Below the pieces are notes generated by a model. It saw only the letters and a list, made by a program, of their open reading frames with translations, ran no database searches and had not been told where the DNA came from. Source: the human T2T-CHM13v2.0 reference genome, Homo sapiens. From it: a DNA stretch of 64,000 bases. This document shows, piece by piece, positions 51,785 to 64,000 of the stretch (position 1 is the first letter of the stretch; the number at the start of each line of letters is the position of its first letter). Made by a program: the position numbers and the translations under genes. The stretch lies in assembly GCF_009914755.1 (NCBI RefSeq), contig NC_060927.1; one strand, written 5' to 3'.

Positions 51785-53699
51785 CTAAATTAAAACATAG
51801 AAGCAGGTTAGTACCATAGAATGCGACAAGGGGATATTGTGGATAAATTATCAGATAGCTACATTCCCCTATTCACCCAAGCTCATGCAGTCTATACAAT
51901 ACTAAATGCCCACATAGAAATAAAAAAAAAAGTAATCCAAACCTATTTGATCTTAAAAATAAGCTTTTAAATAACGTTTAGTTTGGCATCACATAGAGGT
52001 AACTAGGTAATTTACTAAATTTATTCTTTCCTTGTGGAATTTTGATATCAAAATAATGATCTCCTCTTATGAAAATGCAGTGAAGGATGTGATCAATCAA
52101 CCCATAACTATCTATTGAAGACCTGTTATTTTCTAGGTAGAGTGGGTTCTCTAAGAATTATAAGCTATGACCTCTGCTTTCCTCTTATAAAGATATTAAA
52201 ATATCTTTACAACAATATAAAGGAAAATGTCAGGTATAGTATTGAAATTTATATTCATATTCAAGTGACGATAGGATTGATGGAGAGGGGGGTGTTTTCA
52301 TTTGAGTAGAGAGAATGGGTGTTATTCACAGGCAGATCAGTGCAACCAGAGTTGTGAGAAAGTAGGTTTAATCTAAGAGGGGTTTATTCAGATGAGTGAG
52401 GAGAAAGGCTCTGAAGACAGATTGACATGGTACTAATGCTGGGAAAACAAGGTTGATAGGGCACAATTCAGCCCTTGAGTAGCTTAAAAAGTGAGTACAG
52501 CTTGGTAGATCCAGGCCAGAGCTGGCCTTGAATGCCAGGTTAAGAAATCTGGACTTTATCCTTCAGGGCAAGGGACTTCCCTCCTCCCAACCTTAAAAAA
52601 TGTCAAATCTACAAAAAAGTTGAAAGTATAGCACAATAAACCCCTACATATCCTTTATCTAGAATCACCTACATGAATATTTTACCATATTTGTTTGTGC
52701 TTTCTCTCTTTCTCTGTGTGTATGTGTGTATATATTCATGCAAAGTATATATGTACACCTGTACATATATACAAATATGTATTTATTATGTGTTTTTGTT
52801 ACTGAGCCATTAGGTTGCAGACATTATGATATTTCACCCCTAAATATTTCAGCATACACCTCCTAAGAATAAAAACATTCTATTATTTTGTAACTTTAAA
52901 ATTTTTTTTGTACAGGATCCAATAAAGGTTTATGTACAAGATTACATCTCTTTAGTTTCCTTTAATTTACACTAGTCTTTCTGCCTTTTTGTTTTTTGGG
53001 GTGTTAAACTGTTTTTAAGAATCCCTGACAGTTGTCTTGTAGATGTCTCACATTCTGGGCTTTTCTGATTATTTTCTCACAATTGAATTCAAACATTTTA
53101 GCGAGAATACTTAATGGGTGTGGTGTACATTGTGGGCCTTTCATGCTAAGGGTGGTGCTAAGTTTGATCTCTTGGTTAAGAGTATCCTTCAGATCTCTTC
53201 CCTGGATAGGTACATTTTCCTCTTGGCAATTAGTAAATAACTGCCAAGGTGATGCTTTGAGACAGTGTCATATTCTGTTTCTTAATAACATTTCAACTGA
53301 TGGATTTAGCATCCACTGATGATCCTCATATTCATTGATTACCAGCAATCACTGTGGTTCCAATGTGCTGCTTTCATAATGCTATAATTTATCTGCATTT
53401 ATGTTATCATTTTTCTGCACAGAACAACTTCCATTTCCCATTCCTCTCTCCTTTGCCTCTGTCTATATTTTCTGGACTCACAGATCTTCTAATTCATTGT
53501 GCTATAATCCATAAATGCGATTATTCTTTTAGATGCACAGATGGTCCAAATTCGGCCAATGTGAACATCCCTGTAGGTCAACTCCTATGCCCTTTGACAT
53601 ACTCATGTCATTCTTTGAACATTTTCTTGCTTTCTGGCACAAGATGTTCCAGGTTCATTTTGAGCTTACCCTGCCATAGACCTGGAAGAAGCTGGGGTT

Positions 53700-54024
<325 letters not shown>

Positions 54025-54884
54025 TAAACAAGTCTTGTAATTGGTTTTTGAGCAGGAAGTGATATGCCCAAAATGTGCTTTTGGAAGATTGCTCTGGCAG
54101 TGGTCACACAAGCTGGAAGTAAGAGACCTCAAAGATAAGGATCCAGCTTGGAGACAGATGCAAGTTGAGGTGACAAAGACACACATTGGAGGAAAACACA
54201 TTAAGGAGGAAATGAGTAGCTGGAGATGAAAAAAAAAAAAAATCCAGAGCTGGGGCTTGGATAAAAAGGAGACAGAAATAAGGATACCAAGAAAGGTTAT
54301 TTGGTTTGGGGGAAAAATTAGCTTTAGAAATGTTGATTGCAGGGTGAGAGTAGGCAGCAGAATAGTAACATGCAGTAACCAATTGATAATAAATTCAAAA
54401 GCTGAGACCAGAAAAAGTAAGACCAACAAACCTGTGATTTTAGGAATAAAAATCATCTCAATAACATTTCTTTGTTTAAAATTATTTCACTGAGTATGAC
54501 ATTAATATATCCTCTTTATGGAAAACTGGAAAAAATATTCACTGGGAAGATCAGTGAAGAATTTCTTCATTGGGGGAAACTGGCAGCCATAGCATACACA
54601 CACATGCACACGCACACACTACAATCTAATGAGTGGATACCATTGCACTATCAAGGTAAGCCTCAAAATAAAGTGGGAATAAGAATTTGAATCATAGTTT
54701 TCTTTTCTGTAAACTGTAGATGATGTAGACAGGAATGGTACCTATGTGACAGGGCAATTTCAAAAATAAAATATAAAATATTAGCTATTATTTCAAGTGC
54801 CCTTATTTGGCCAATATTTGCTTTCCAGGAATAATTGTCCAAGAATTTTGGCAGAAAACCAGACTCCATGCAGGAATGGATAGT

Positions 54885-55227
54885 GCCTTAGTTCCTGCTG
54901 CTATAATAAAAATACCTTAGACTGAGTAATTAATAACAGAATTTTATTATTCACACTTCTGGAGGCTGGAAAGTCCAAGATCACTGGCAGATTCAGTGTC
55001 TGGTGAGGGCTCATTCCTCATAAATGGCACCTTCTATGTGTCCTCGCATGGTGCAAGGGAGGTAAGAGTACTCCCCTCAACCCCTTTTATAAGGGCACCA
55101 CTCTCATTCATGAGGGAAGAGCCATCATAACTTAGTCACTTCCAAAAACATCCCACCTCTTAATATCGCCACAGTGAGAATTAGGTTTCCATGTGAATTT
55201 TGGAGGAACACATTCAGGCCATAGCAG
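54885..55227 (-). mobile_element. MaLR LTR (MST/MLT1A-like)
   Basis: ctgctataataaaaatacc...ttctggaggctggaaagtccaagatc...cacattcaggccatagca. Confidence 0.75.
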
Positions 55228-55913
55228 ATAACAACCAAGAAATGAATCAATTTTTATTACATTTTGGAAGTTACAAACTGATGCAGATTCAGTTTTTCCC
55301 ACAATATGTACTTTGTTTGGTTTAAATGAAGATTAATTGCCAATATTTTACAATTGAAAAGTTTTACATAAAAATCCATATTTTTACTTTCTACTGAAAA
55401 CTGAGAATTATTGCCCTACTTGATCATGGCAACAACTGGCTGGACTTCAGTAGCAGCTCCTTCTCCTCCTTAGATGGAAATTGTGCTCTGATGCCTACCA
55501 GGCTCATTTAATTCATTTATGTCACACACGTGGCTTCTGGGGGCATTTGAATTGGGACTTCTCTTCTAGAACTTACCTTGAAAAGGCCAAAAAGGGAACC
55601 CGGAGAATCCTCTCTTTCTTTCTCCTGCTGTTCCCAATGAGATGTTAGTCATCTAATTTAATGCTGATTATAAGACCCTTTTCAGACTATTTCTAGCATC
55701 TATTTGTGCTAGAAGTGCTAATAGTGAGTTAAGGCAAATTGAACATGTTAATTTTTATTTTACACTTAATATCACATATATTTGTTTTCTAGAAATTCTC
55801 TGAGTATCATAACTTGAATCTATACCTGAATTTATTATTTCCCCTAGGCAATTTTGAAATCTCTTCCATAAGTATATTACAAGTAGCTACTGGAGGATGA
55901 CTGAGTCAACTGG

Positions 55914-55914
<1 letters not shown>

Positions 55915-55955
<41 letters not shown>
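55915..55955. repeat. (CA)20 microsatellite
   Basis: Perfect CA run. Confidence 0.95.
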
Positions 55956-55958
<3 letters not shown>

Positions 55959-57087
55959 TGTATTTTAAATTTTCAATTCTTCTCCATAAGGGACACAGTA
56001 CTAAATAAAGCAACGAATTTAATTTTTAAAAGACATTGGTCAAAGAAAATTTGCCATACAATCTTGACTACGCATTGAAATATCCTGGGGAGATTTAAAA
56101 CATATCCATGCCCAGGTTGTACCTCAGACTAACTAAATCAGGGACTCTGGGGATGGGATTTAGGCATTAGTGTTGTTCCAAGCTCCCAGGTGATTGCAAT
56201 ATGAAGCTAACAGGTAGAAGCACTGCTGCAAAAAATGCCTACCAGATATCATCATAAAACTCCTCCTAGCTAATAATCACTTGTTCTCTTTGAGCCACAA
56301 GTGCTTCATCTATAAAATAGGAGCAATAATGACTTAATTCACTGAGTAAATGTGAAAGAACTATAAAGTGCTATGCAAGTGTGAATAAACGATGAAGAGG
56401 AGGAAGAGGATGAGAAGGAGAATGGTAGAAATGCAGGAGCACTGGCGTAGAAAATGCGGTTGTATTATTCACCCTGATACTATTTTAATTATTTTTCAAG
56501 TGCCAACTTAGAAAATGCACATCACATACACCCAACAATATGGATGAATCTAAAAATTATTATCCTGGATGAAAAAACCCAGATAAAAAAGACAAATATT
56601 GTATGATTCCACATATATAAAATACAAACTAATCTATAATGACAAAAAGTAAATCAAAGGTTAATCTTTGGGGGTTGGCAGAAATATTCTGTTATCTTGA
56701 CTGCAATGGTGGTTTCATGAGTGTAGTCAACTGTTAAAACTCATGATATTGCATAATTTTAATGGATGCCACTTATTATATGTAATTTAGCCCTCAATAA
56801 AGTTTGTAAAGAAAAAATAGACTAATGGAAACTTAGTTAGGAAAAAAAAGTATTATTTCCTAATTTTAGGTATCTTTAAATGCTGATTTTCTGAAAGTGC
56901 ATCAGTAGAACAAAAGTGGAGGAAAGACTAAGCAAAATGGAAGATGATCTTGGCAGTAAACTCTTGATCTCTGTACTGTACTCAACAGTAGTGAGGGTAT
57001 AATACTGTCAATATTTTTGTGTTTCTGAGTGAGAGGAAAGAAAGCTGGAGCCCACTCAACCATCCTCAAAAAAACTGTTGCTCTTAC

Positions 57088-57177
57088 CACATATTTTTTG
57101 CTGCAGTTTTCACTCTGGCAACATTTATAGTTGTTATTATTCTCCAGTACCAGAAGAACTGTTGTTACTATAAGCAT
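57088..57177 (-). CDS. TM4SF18: TM4SF18 second coding exon
   Basis: MLIVTTVLLVLENNNNYKCCQSENCSKKYV, 90 nt, CCTATAG acceptor, GTAAG donor. Confidence 0.96.
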
Positions 57178-59963
57178 CTATAGGAGGGAAGACATAAAAT
57201 GTTAGCAATGAAATGCTAGTTTACATTTGTGCTTATAATCAGAGGACAGCGTCTTCAAGCATAGAGTCTGGGGTCAGGTAGATATGGATTTGAATCCAAG
57301 CTCTGTCACTTTCTAGCTGTGTGAATTTGAGACACCTTCTGTATAAAATGGTATCAAGAGATCGTCACGAGGTAATATATGTGACATTTTGAGTATAGTG
57401 GTTGATTCATAGTGACTGATAAATGTTAGCTATTATTATCATGGTTAGCAACCATCAAAAGCTAATGATTAAGGAGAAGTAAATGGATGGACAGGAGAAT
57501 ACCACCCTGGGCAGCAAAACCTGCCTTTCTCAATGACTCAGTTGTGGAGAACCAAGGAAAATCATTCAGCAGGCTTGGTAGTTTGCCAGCCTCTCTTCAT
57601 TTACTGTCCTCTGGGAATGGAGGTGAGAGGCTCAGTTAATCTGAAACCATATCTCTTTAAAGTGACTTCAATTTCCCCATGCATTCAAACCATCTCAGGT
57701 TTAAATTGTTTCAATGTGTTTTGTCTGTATCAAGCCAACAAAGTGGGAGAATCAATGCATCTTATTTCCTTTTTTTAAATTTTATTTTAGGCAAAAGGCC
57801 AGAGCTCTGGAAAGAACATGTATTTCTTTACCATTATAATTTCATTATAATTTCTGGTTAGACTAGATACAGATCATGAATTGCTTATGGGAAATTCTCC
57901 ACCCATTTTTTTACTCTCACTATTTAGGACTGAATCCCACAGCTGAGTTCACTGTTATTTTACTCTTCGTAGCCAATGTTTCTAGTTTCCAAATTTCTTC
58001 AGCTTTCATTAATTTTTTTGTTCATTTAATTATTTACCTATATTCTTCTCCTTTCTCCTAAAAGGATTTGATGCAGTTATAGTAATATATTTTAATAATT
58101 CCTGGAAGATGAAAAAAATAGAGAACAGGTTTCTTTTCCTAGTTTTAATTTTTACATGGAATATAAGCAAAAGAGTCCTATATTCCCCTCCTTTCCACAT
58201 CGTTAGTTATGACAGATTGAAAGAAATTCTGGTCTAATCTTAGTTATGTCTTGCAACTCTTCCATCTATTGCAATTGCATATTGAGGGAAACAATGATGA
58301 GACAAGGCCAAAGCATAGTAACCAGCTTCATTACAATATTGATAGAGATAATTTGACCTAGAGCCTGTAGTCTTATTGCTCAGGCATCAACTGTTGAAAG
58401 AGACACTGCCTTCTTTTTTTGTTTTAAAATATAACTGCAATACAGAGGAGTCAAGAATAATGGAGGTAAAGTACACATAATTCCACCACCCTCGTGAGTC
58501 TTCATGCATTTATTTCTGGTGTTTTCCCACATATGTCTATTTGACACAGCTGCAATAGTAATTTACCCACAATGTTATTGTGTCTCTTTTCACTTAACAT
58601 GAAATAATGTGCATTTTCCACGTTGTTACATCTTCATAATTATAATTTTCACCACTGTATGAAGTGAATGTACCATAATTTATTTTGCTACTTCTCTGTA
58701 AGATGCTTCTTCTAGTTATTTACTATTATACCAATGCAGCCACAAACATCTGCACACATAGCTCTTCCCTTATTTTGGATGATTTCCTCAGAAAAAATGA
58801 TGAGATGTAGGATTACTGAGTCAAACGACATAAGCATTTTCATGGATCTTGATATATTATACCAAACTCTTCCCGAAAAGACTGACATTTATTTGTAGTG
58901 CAGCCAATATTAGTTATGTACTTATTTCATAGCAACATCAATAGCATTGGATATTAATATTTTAAAGTTTATTAATTTAATGTGCAAAATGAATAACTAA
59001 ATGAAAATTGCTTTACAACACAGCTATTCAAATATAATAATTAAAAACCCCTAAAAGATGTAGAAATAGATTATAATGAATTTTCTTCTACATTATTGGT
59101 GGTCTGATTAGCTTACAGTCCATAATGCACTATTTTTAGAAATGACTTGACCAGGAAATTGTCTTTTCCTCTGAGTTGCCAACATGATTTACTCTCAGTT
59201 TGTTTATTTTTAAAGAACACAAAGTCATCAGGAAAACGTTCATGGATTCTTGCCATTGATAATTCAATTTACTTTTCAAAAACTCCCTCCATTATTAGGG
59301 TCTAATGTAGGACTATTTTAATGATGACACAGCTCATTCTTTAATAATCATAATTACAACAGTCACTGGCTATCTACTACATGTCAGTCTCTCTCCTGGG
59401 CACTTTATATATATTTTATCTTTAAAAGTAAATGCCATTATTCACATTTTTCACATTAGAACACTGAGGCTCAAAGATACTGAGTAACTTGCTGAAGGTC
59501 TCATGGAACAAATGACAGAGCTTAGATTTACATGCAGGTTTGTCTGAATAGCCAAGTCTCTGCTTTTTTTTCATGCTGTCCTAATGCCCCTTCAAGCTAG
59601 AAAAACATGAGTGCAGACAGAAAATCTGTTCTAGAAAACAGTAATGCCACTGAAGATCAAATAGCTTAAATTGATATGCAGGGTTCATGAGAACATACTG
59701 TTTTTACAGGCCAGTGTCCCACAGACTTTCATTAGGACTAATTTCCTGCATTACTGAGGCTGCATTGCTGAGCAGCTTATTGAAAACAGAGCTATGTCCC
59801 AAATGCCAGCAGATTACCTGCCCCTTCACCCCCATCCCTCTTTCAAATCCTACACCCAAGATTAGCAGAATGATTTTTCCATTATTCATTACTTCTACTA
59901 GTTACAAGGTAAGTCTCAATTACAACTCCCCCTTCTCTCCCAAGTCTCCAAATTCATACTTAC

Positions 59964-60140
59964 CATGATGCCTGAGAAACAGATTCCTTCAAAATACCAC
60001 ACGTAGTTGGTGAGTTTATTGCTGGATGCATAGGAAGTTTGCCCATTCGGGAAATACAATAATATGTTCACGATTATACTCCAAAGTGCAAGCGGAATCA
60101 GCAAACAACTTAGGCAGCCTCCACACTTCCGAGACCCCAT
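59964..60140 (-). CDS. TM4SF18: TM4SF18 (L6-family four-TM protein), first coding exon
   Basis: MGSRKCGGCLSCLLIPLALWSIIVNILLYFPNGQTSYASSNKLTNYVWYFEGICFSGIM (177 nt). Kozak AAAATGG, exon acceptor CCCGCAG at 60158, donor GTAAGT. Confidence 0.97.
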
Positions 60141-60266
60141 TTTGCCCTGCTTAGAACCTGCGGGAGATTTCAAGAGTATACAGTCACAGAAAGTCTATTT
60201 TTCTTCTTCCTACCTGACCTTTTTTTTCTCTCTCTCTCTCTTTTTTTTTTTTTTTTTTGAGATTAC

Positions 60267-60430
60267 CTACCACTTCCAGGGTCAGAGCCCTTCACTTCAT
60301 ATTCATGAGGAGACGGGGAATTGGAATATACCCGCAGCCGACAATCTCAGTGTGAAATACTGGTTTACTGTTTGGAGAACAATAGACAATGATCAACAAC
60401 TGAAGAGCTGAGCTGGTCTTCATCCTGTGC
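60267..60430 (-). other. TM4SF18: Probable non-coding exon 1 / TSS region of TM4SF18
   Basis: Tandem donors GTG|GTAG|GTAATC at 60270/60266, about 110 nt upstream of the exon 2 acceptor. The 5' boundary cannot be determined from sequence. Confidence 0.5.
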
Positions 60431-60899
60431 CAAAGGAATGCGGTGTTTTTCACTGCTTTTTAAAATAAGTAATTTTCCTCTGGATTAAAGCACCGAAGGC
60501 TTAACCCTGACCTTGTGTTAAGAAGGAAGTTGGGGTGGGAACTGGAATTGAATGCAGCAAATTTCATCCAACAGTGGAGAGAGGGTTAAAGAGAAAACTA
60601 CCAAGGAGGCTTATATTTAGAGCTTGATAGGTTTGTTAAAATATCCTGACTTTACCCTTTTTATGTATCTGTCTTTCACCTAGTGTGCTTTTTGTGTGCA
60701 CACTATTCACCAAGCTTTGTTCAAATTGCAAGGGATAAGAAAGGACTGAGAAAGTGACTGGTGGATGAGAAAAACAAAATATCTTGGTTAGATCAGTACA
60801 GCTTTCCTTCCAAGAGTTTGCATCTATTATCTCTACCTCTCTGAAAAATCATAACAGAAATAAAGGCATATTTTTCCTACTATTAAGAAAACAAAGGTA

Positions 60900-61227
<328 letters not shown>

Positions 61228-61414
61228 CTAGCAGTCCAGGTTCCAAAGAGGTTTCTTGGCACCCCCTTGTGGATATGGTTTTTTTTCCCTCTAGTGCTTT
61301 TGATCTAAGTGCATCAAAAAATCTGGGCATTAGACGTTTTTTCCAGTCACATAGAAGCAGCATAAAATCATATTTACTAGAGTTCCTGGGATGATTGGGA
61401 AGAGAATAACATTG

Positions 61415-63560
61415 TTGGTTGAGCATTCATTGAGCATCTCTTATGTGGCAGGCACTGTGCTTGATGTTTTAAAAGGTTCACTCTGGCTGCTGTGTTGTAA
61501 ATAGGTGGTAAAGGGTGTGGAGGAGATAGAGATGAGTTCTGAAGCCATTTCCACCATCCAGGTAAGAGATAATGATGACTCGGATCATGATGGTAGTAGC
61601 AGCAGAGGTGGTAAAAGGAAGCTGGATACCAAACACCGCATATTCTCACTCATAGGTGGGAATTGAACAATGAGATCACATGGACACAGGAAGGGGAACA
61701 TCACACTCTGGGGACTGTTGTGGGGTGGGGGGAGCGGGGAGGGATAGCATTGGGAGATACACCTAATGCTAGATGACGAGTTAGTGGGTGCAGAGCACCA
61801 GCGTGGCGCATGTATACATATGTAACTAACCTGCACAATGTGCACATGTACCCTAAAACTTAAAGTATAATAATAAAAGAAAAAAAAAAGGAAGCTGGAT
61901 TTGGGATATATTTTGAAGCTTGTGCCAACAGGATTGGTGGCAGATTGGATGTGGGTATAAGAGAAAGAGAGAAGTCAAAGACGACATCATTTGGGCCCGA
62001 GAAACTGGGAGAATAAAATTGTCATTAACAGAAATGAGCAAGTCAGCTGAATGAGCAGGGTTGGGAGAAGAGGAATGATATGGTCAGTTTCGAATGTGCT
62101 AAGTTTTGAAATACCTTTTAGAAATCCAAGTGGAGATGTCAACTAGGCAGCTGGATATACAAATATGAAGTTCAAGGAAGAGGTCTGGGTGACATATAAA
62201 TGTGACAGTTGTCAGCATATAAATGGTATTTAAACCCATGAGACACTAAGGAAATGCATGTTGATAGAAAAGAGACCCAAGGACTAAATCCTGGGCAGCC
62301 CAGGACTGAGTTTAGGGACATGAGAGGAAGGCAGAAAGGATACTGAGAAATGGCCAGTGAGCCAGAAATGAAGATCAGGAGCTTATTCTCAAAGGTGACT
62401 TTCTAAGAAGAAGAAGGCGTGATCAACAAAGTTAAATGCTGCCAAAGGGCACATCATACGAAAGAACTGAGAATCGGCTATTGGGTTGAGCAACGTGGAG
62501 GTCACTGGTGGCCTTCATAAGAGGAGCTTTCTTGGTGAGTTAGAGATGAGATGAGAGTCCATCTGCAGTGGATTCATGAGAGAATGGGAGGAGAGAAATT
62601 GGAAATAGATGAGGTAACTCTTTTGGAGAGTTTTGCTGTAAAGGAGGGCAGAGAAATGGGGCAGCAGCTAGAGGAAAAGTAGAAGTCAAGGGACAAAAAT
62701 TAATGGAAAAAATGGTAGCATATTTGTATACTGTTGTGGGAAGGGGTATGAGGGAGGGTAGGTAGGTATTTACCATAAAGGAGATAAAGGAGAGGATTGC
62801 TGGCACAGGCTCCTTGAGTAGGTGAGAAAGGGTGGGAGTGTGTGAACAGATGGAGGAGCTTACCTTAGATAGCAGCAGGGCAGGTCAGTGTCAGCAACAG
62901 AACAGAAGGAGAACATAGCAATGGGCTTGGAGGTGGTTAGCGGGAACTTCTGATTATTATACTTCTGTTTTCTCAGGGAAACAGGAGGCAATTTTATCAG
63001 CTGAGAATGAGGATGGGGAGAGGGTGTTAAAGGTTTAAAGGAAGAGAGGAGAAGTTCAAACAGTTGGCTTGGAAAGTGGGAGAATGAACAGACTAGAGAA
63101 ATGTGGCAGGTGCTGAGGGACCACTTGAGTCTGTGACCGTGAATGGATAGTGAGACTGGACAGGAGACTTGGGTATTTTTCCTAGTAAGGTTCAGTGGCA
63201 GAGGTGTAGCCAGCAAGTAGGAAGAAAGCTGGAGTCAACCAGGATTGGGACTTTGCCAGGCAGATACCATGAAGAGAGGGATGGGCAAAGGATTCAAGAA
63301 TGTATGCAAGTGAATGGTTATAATGATGGACTGTGGAACTTAAGCTGAGTAAGGAGGGAAGTAAGGACGTGAGGGAGTGTGAGAAATAGTAAAAGAGGCA
63401 CTGGATTTGTAAATTGTGTGTCCCAGTGTGGCTGAAAAATTACTGGTTTTAGGTAACACACAGAGTGAGCTAGAAAGAGAGGAAGTAGTGATTGAGAAGT
63501 GTGATGCTGGAATTTGAGATTTTAGAGATGTTTCAGGAATAGGCGAAGAAAAAGTCTGGA
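61415..63560 (-). mobile_element. L2 remnant
   Basis: Purine-rich L2-like sequence (cattcattgagcatctcttatgtggcaggcactgtgct...; catccaggtaagagataatgatg). Boundaries approximate. Confidence 0.6.
61628..61885 (+). mobile_element. Young 5'-truncated L1 (L1PA2-like)
   Basis: 3'UTR with GAG at the Ta-diagnostic site (gatgacGAGttagtggg); perfect 15-bp TSD aaaaggaagctggat (61613-61627 / 61886-61900). Confidence 0.88.
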
Positions 63561-63564
63561 GGTG

Positions 63565-64000
63565 TGTTATGGGCTGATCATGTCTCTCCTAAATGCACAT
63601 GTTGAAGTTCTAACCCCCCATAATCTCAAACGTGACTGTATTTGGATAGGGCCTTTAAAGTGATGATGAAGTTAAAATGAGGACAGCATGGTGGGGATAA
63701 TCCAATCAGATTATAAAAAGAGGGAATTTGGACACACAAAGAGATTCCAGGGGTGCAAAGAGAAAAGACTGTGTGAGGACACAGTGAGAAGTGGCTATCT
63801 GCTAGCCAAAGAGAGAAAGGCCCCAGGAGAAACCAATCTGCCAACACAGATTTGGCACATAATTTACAAATCTGCTTTGAGATTTGGCACATAACTTACA
63901 AATCTGCTTTGACCTTGGAATTCTGGCCTCCAGAACTGTGAGAAAATAAATGTCTTTTGTTCAAGTCACCCAGTCTGTGGTGTTTTGTTATGTCAGTCCT
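63565..64000 (+). mobile_element. MLT1 LTR
   Basis: tgttatgggctga...gtgactgtatttgga...gcctccagaactgtgagaaaataaatg. Confidence 0.75.

Overview
Mammalian DNA, very likely human (Alu, L1PA, LTR12/HERV9 present). Gene content matches the 3q24-q25 interval upstream of ceruloplasmin (from recall, not a search). Left end, minus strand: exons 1-3 of a ceruloplasmin/hephaestin-like multicopper ferroxidase pseudogene (CPHL1P). Its splice sites, signal peptide, Cu-ligand His motifs and TATA/C/EBP/STAT promoter are intact; the only visible lesion is a 4-bp frameshifting insertion in exon 2. Right part, minus strand: the complete 201-aa TM4SF18 CDS in five coding exons. The middle is mostly repeats: a nested MER4-int/LTR8/LTR12C-HERV9 stack, an 8.3-kb decayed LTR1-type class I provirus, MER4-group solo LTRs, an old near-full-length L1, an L1PB-like fragment, Alus, MaLR LTRs, a MADE1 and a 5S rRNA retrocopy. 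Best leads: (1) the barely disabled fourth ferroxidase gene and its acute-phase-type regulatory motifs; (2) a collapsed HERV9 that keeps promoter, PBS and splice donor and points toward a plus-strand splice acceptor inside TM4SF18 intron 1, a plausible LTR-driven antisense circuit. Repeat subfamily names come from recalled consensus sequences, and many repeat boundaries are approximate.
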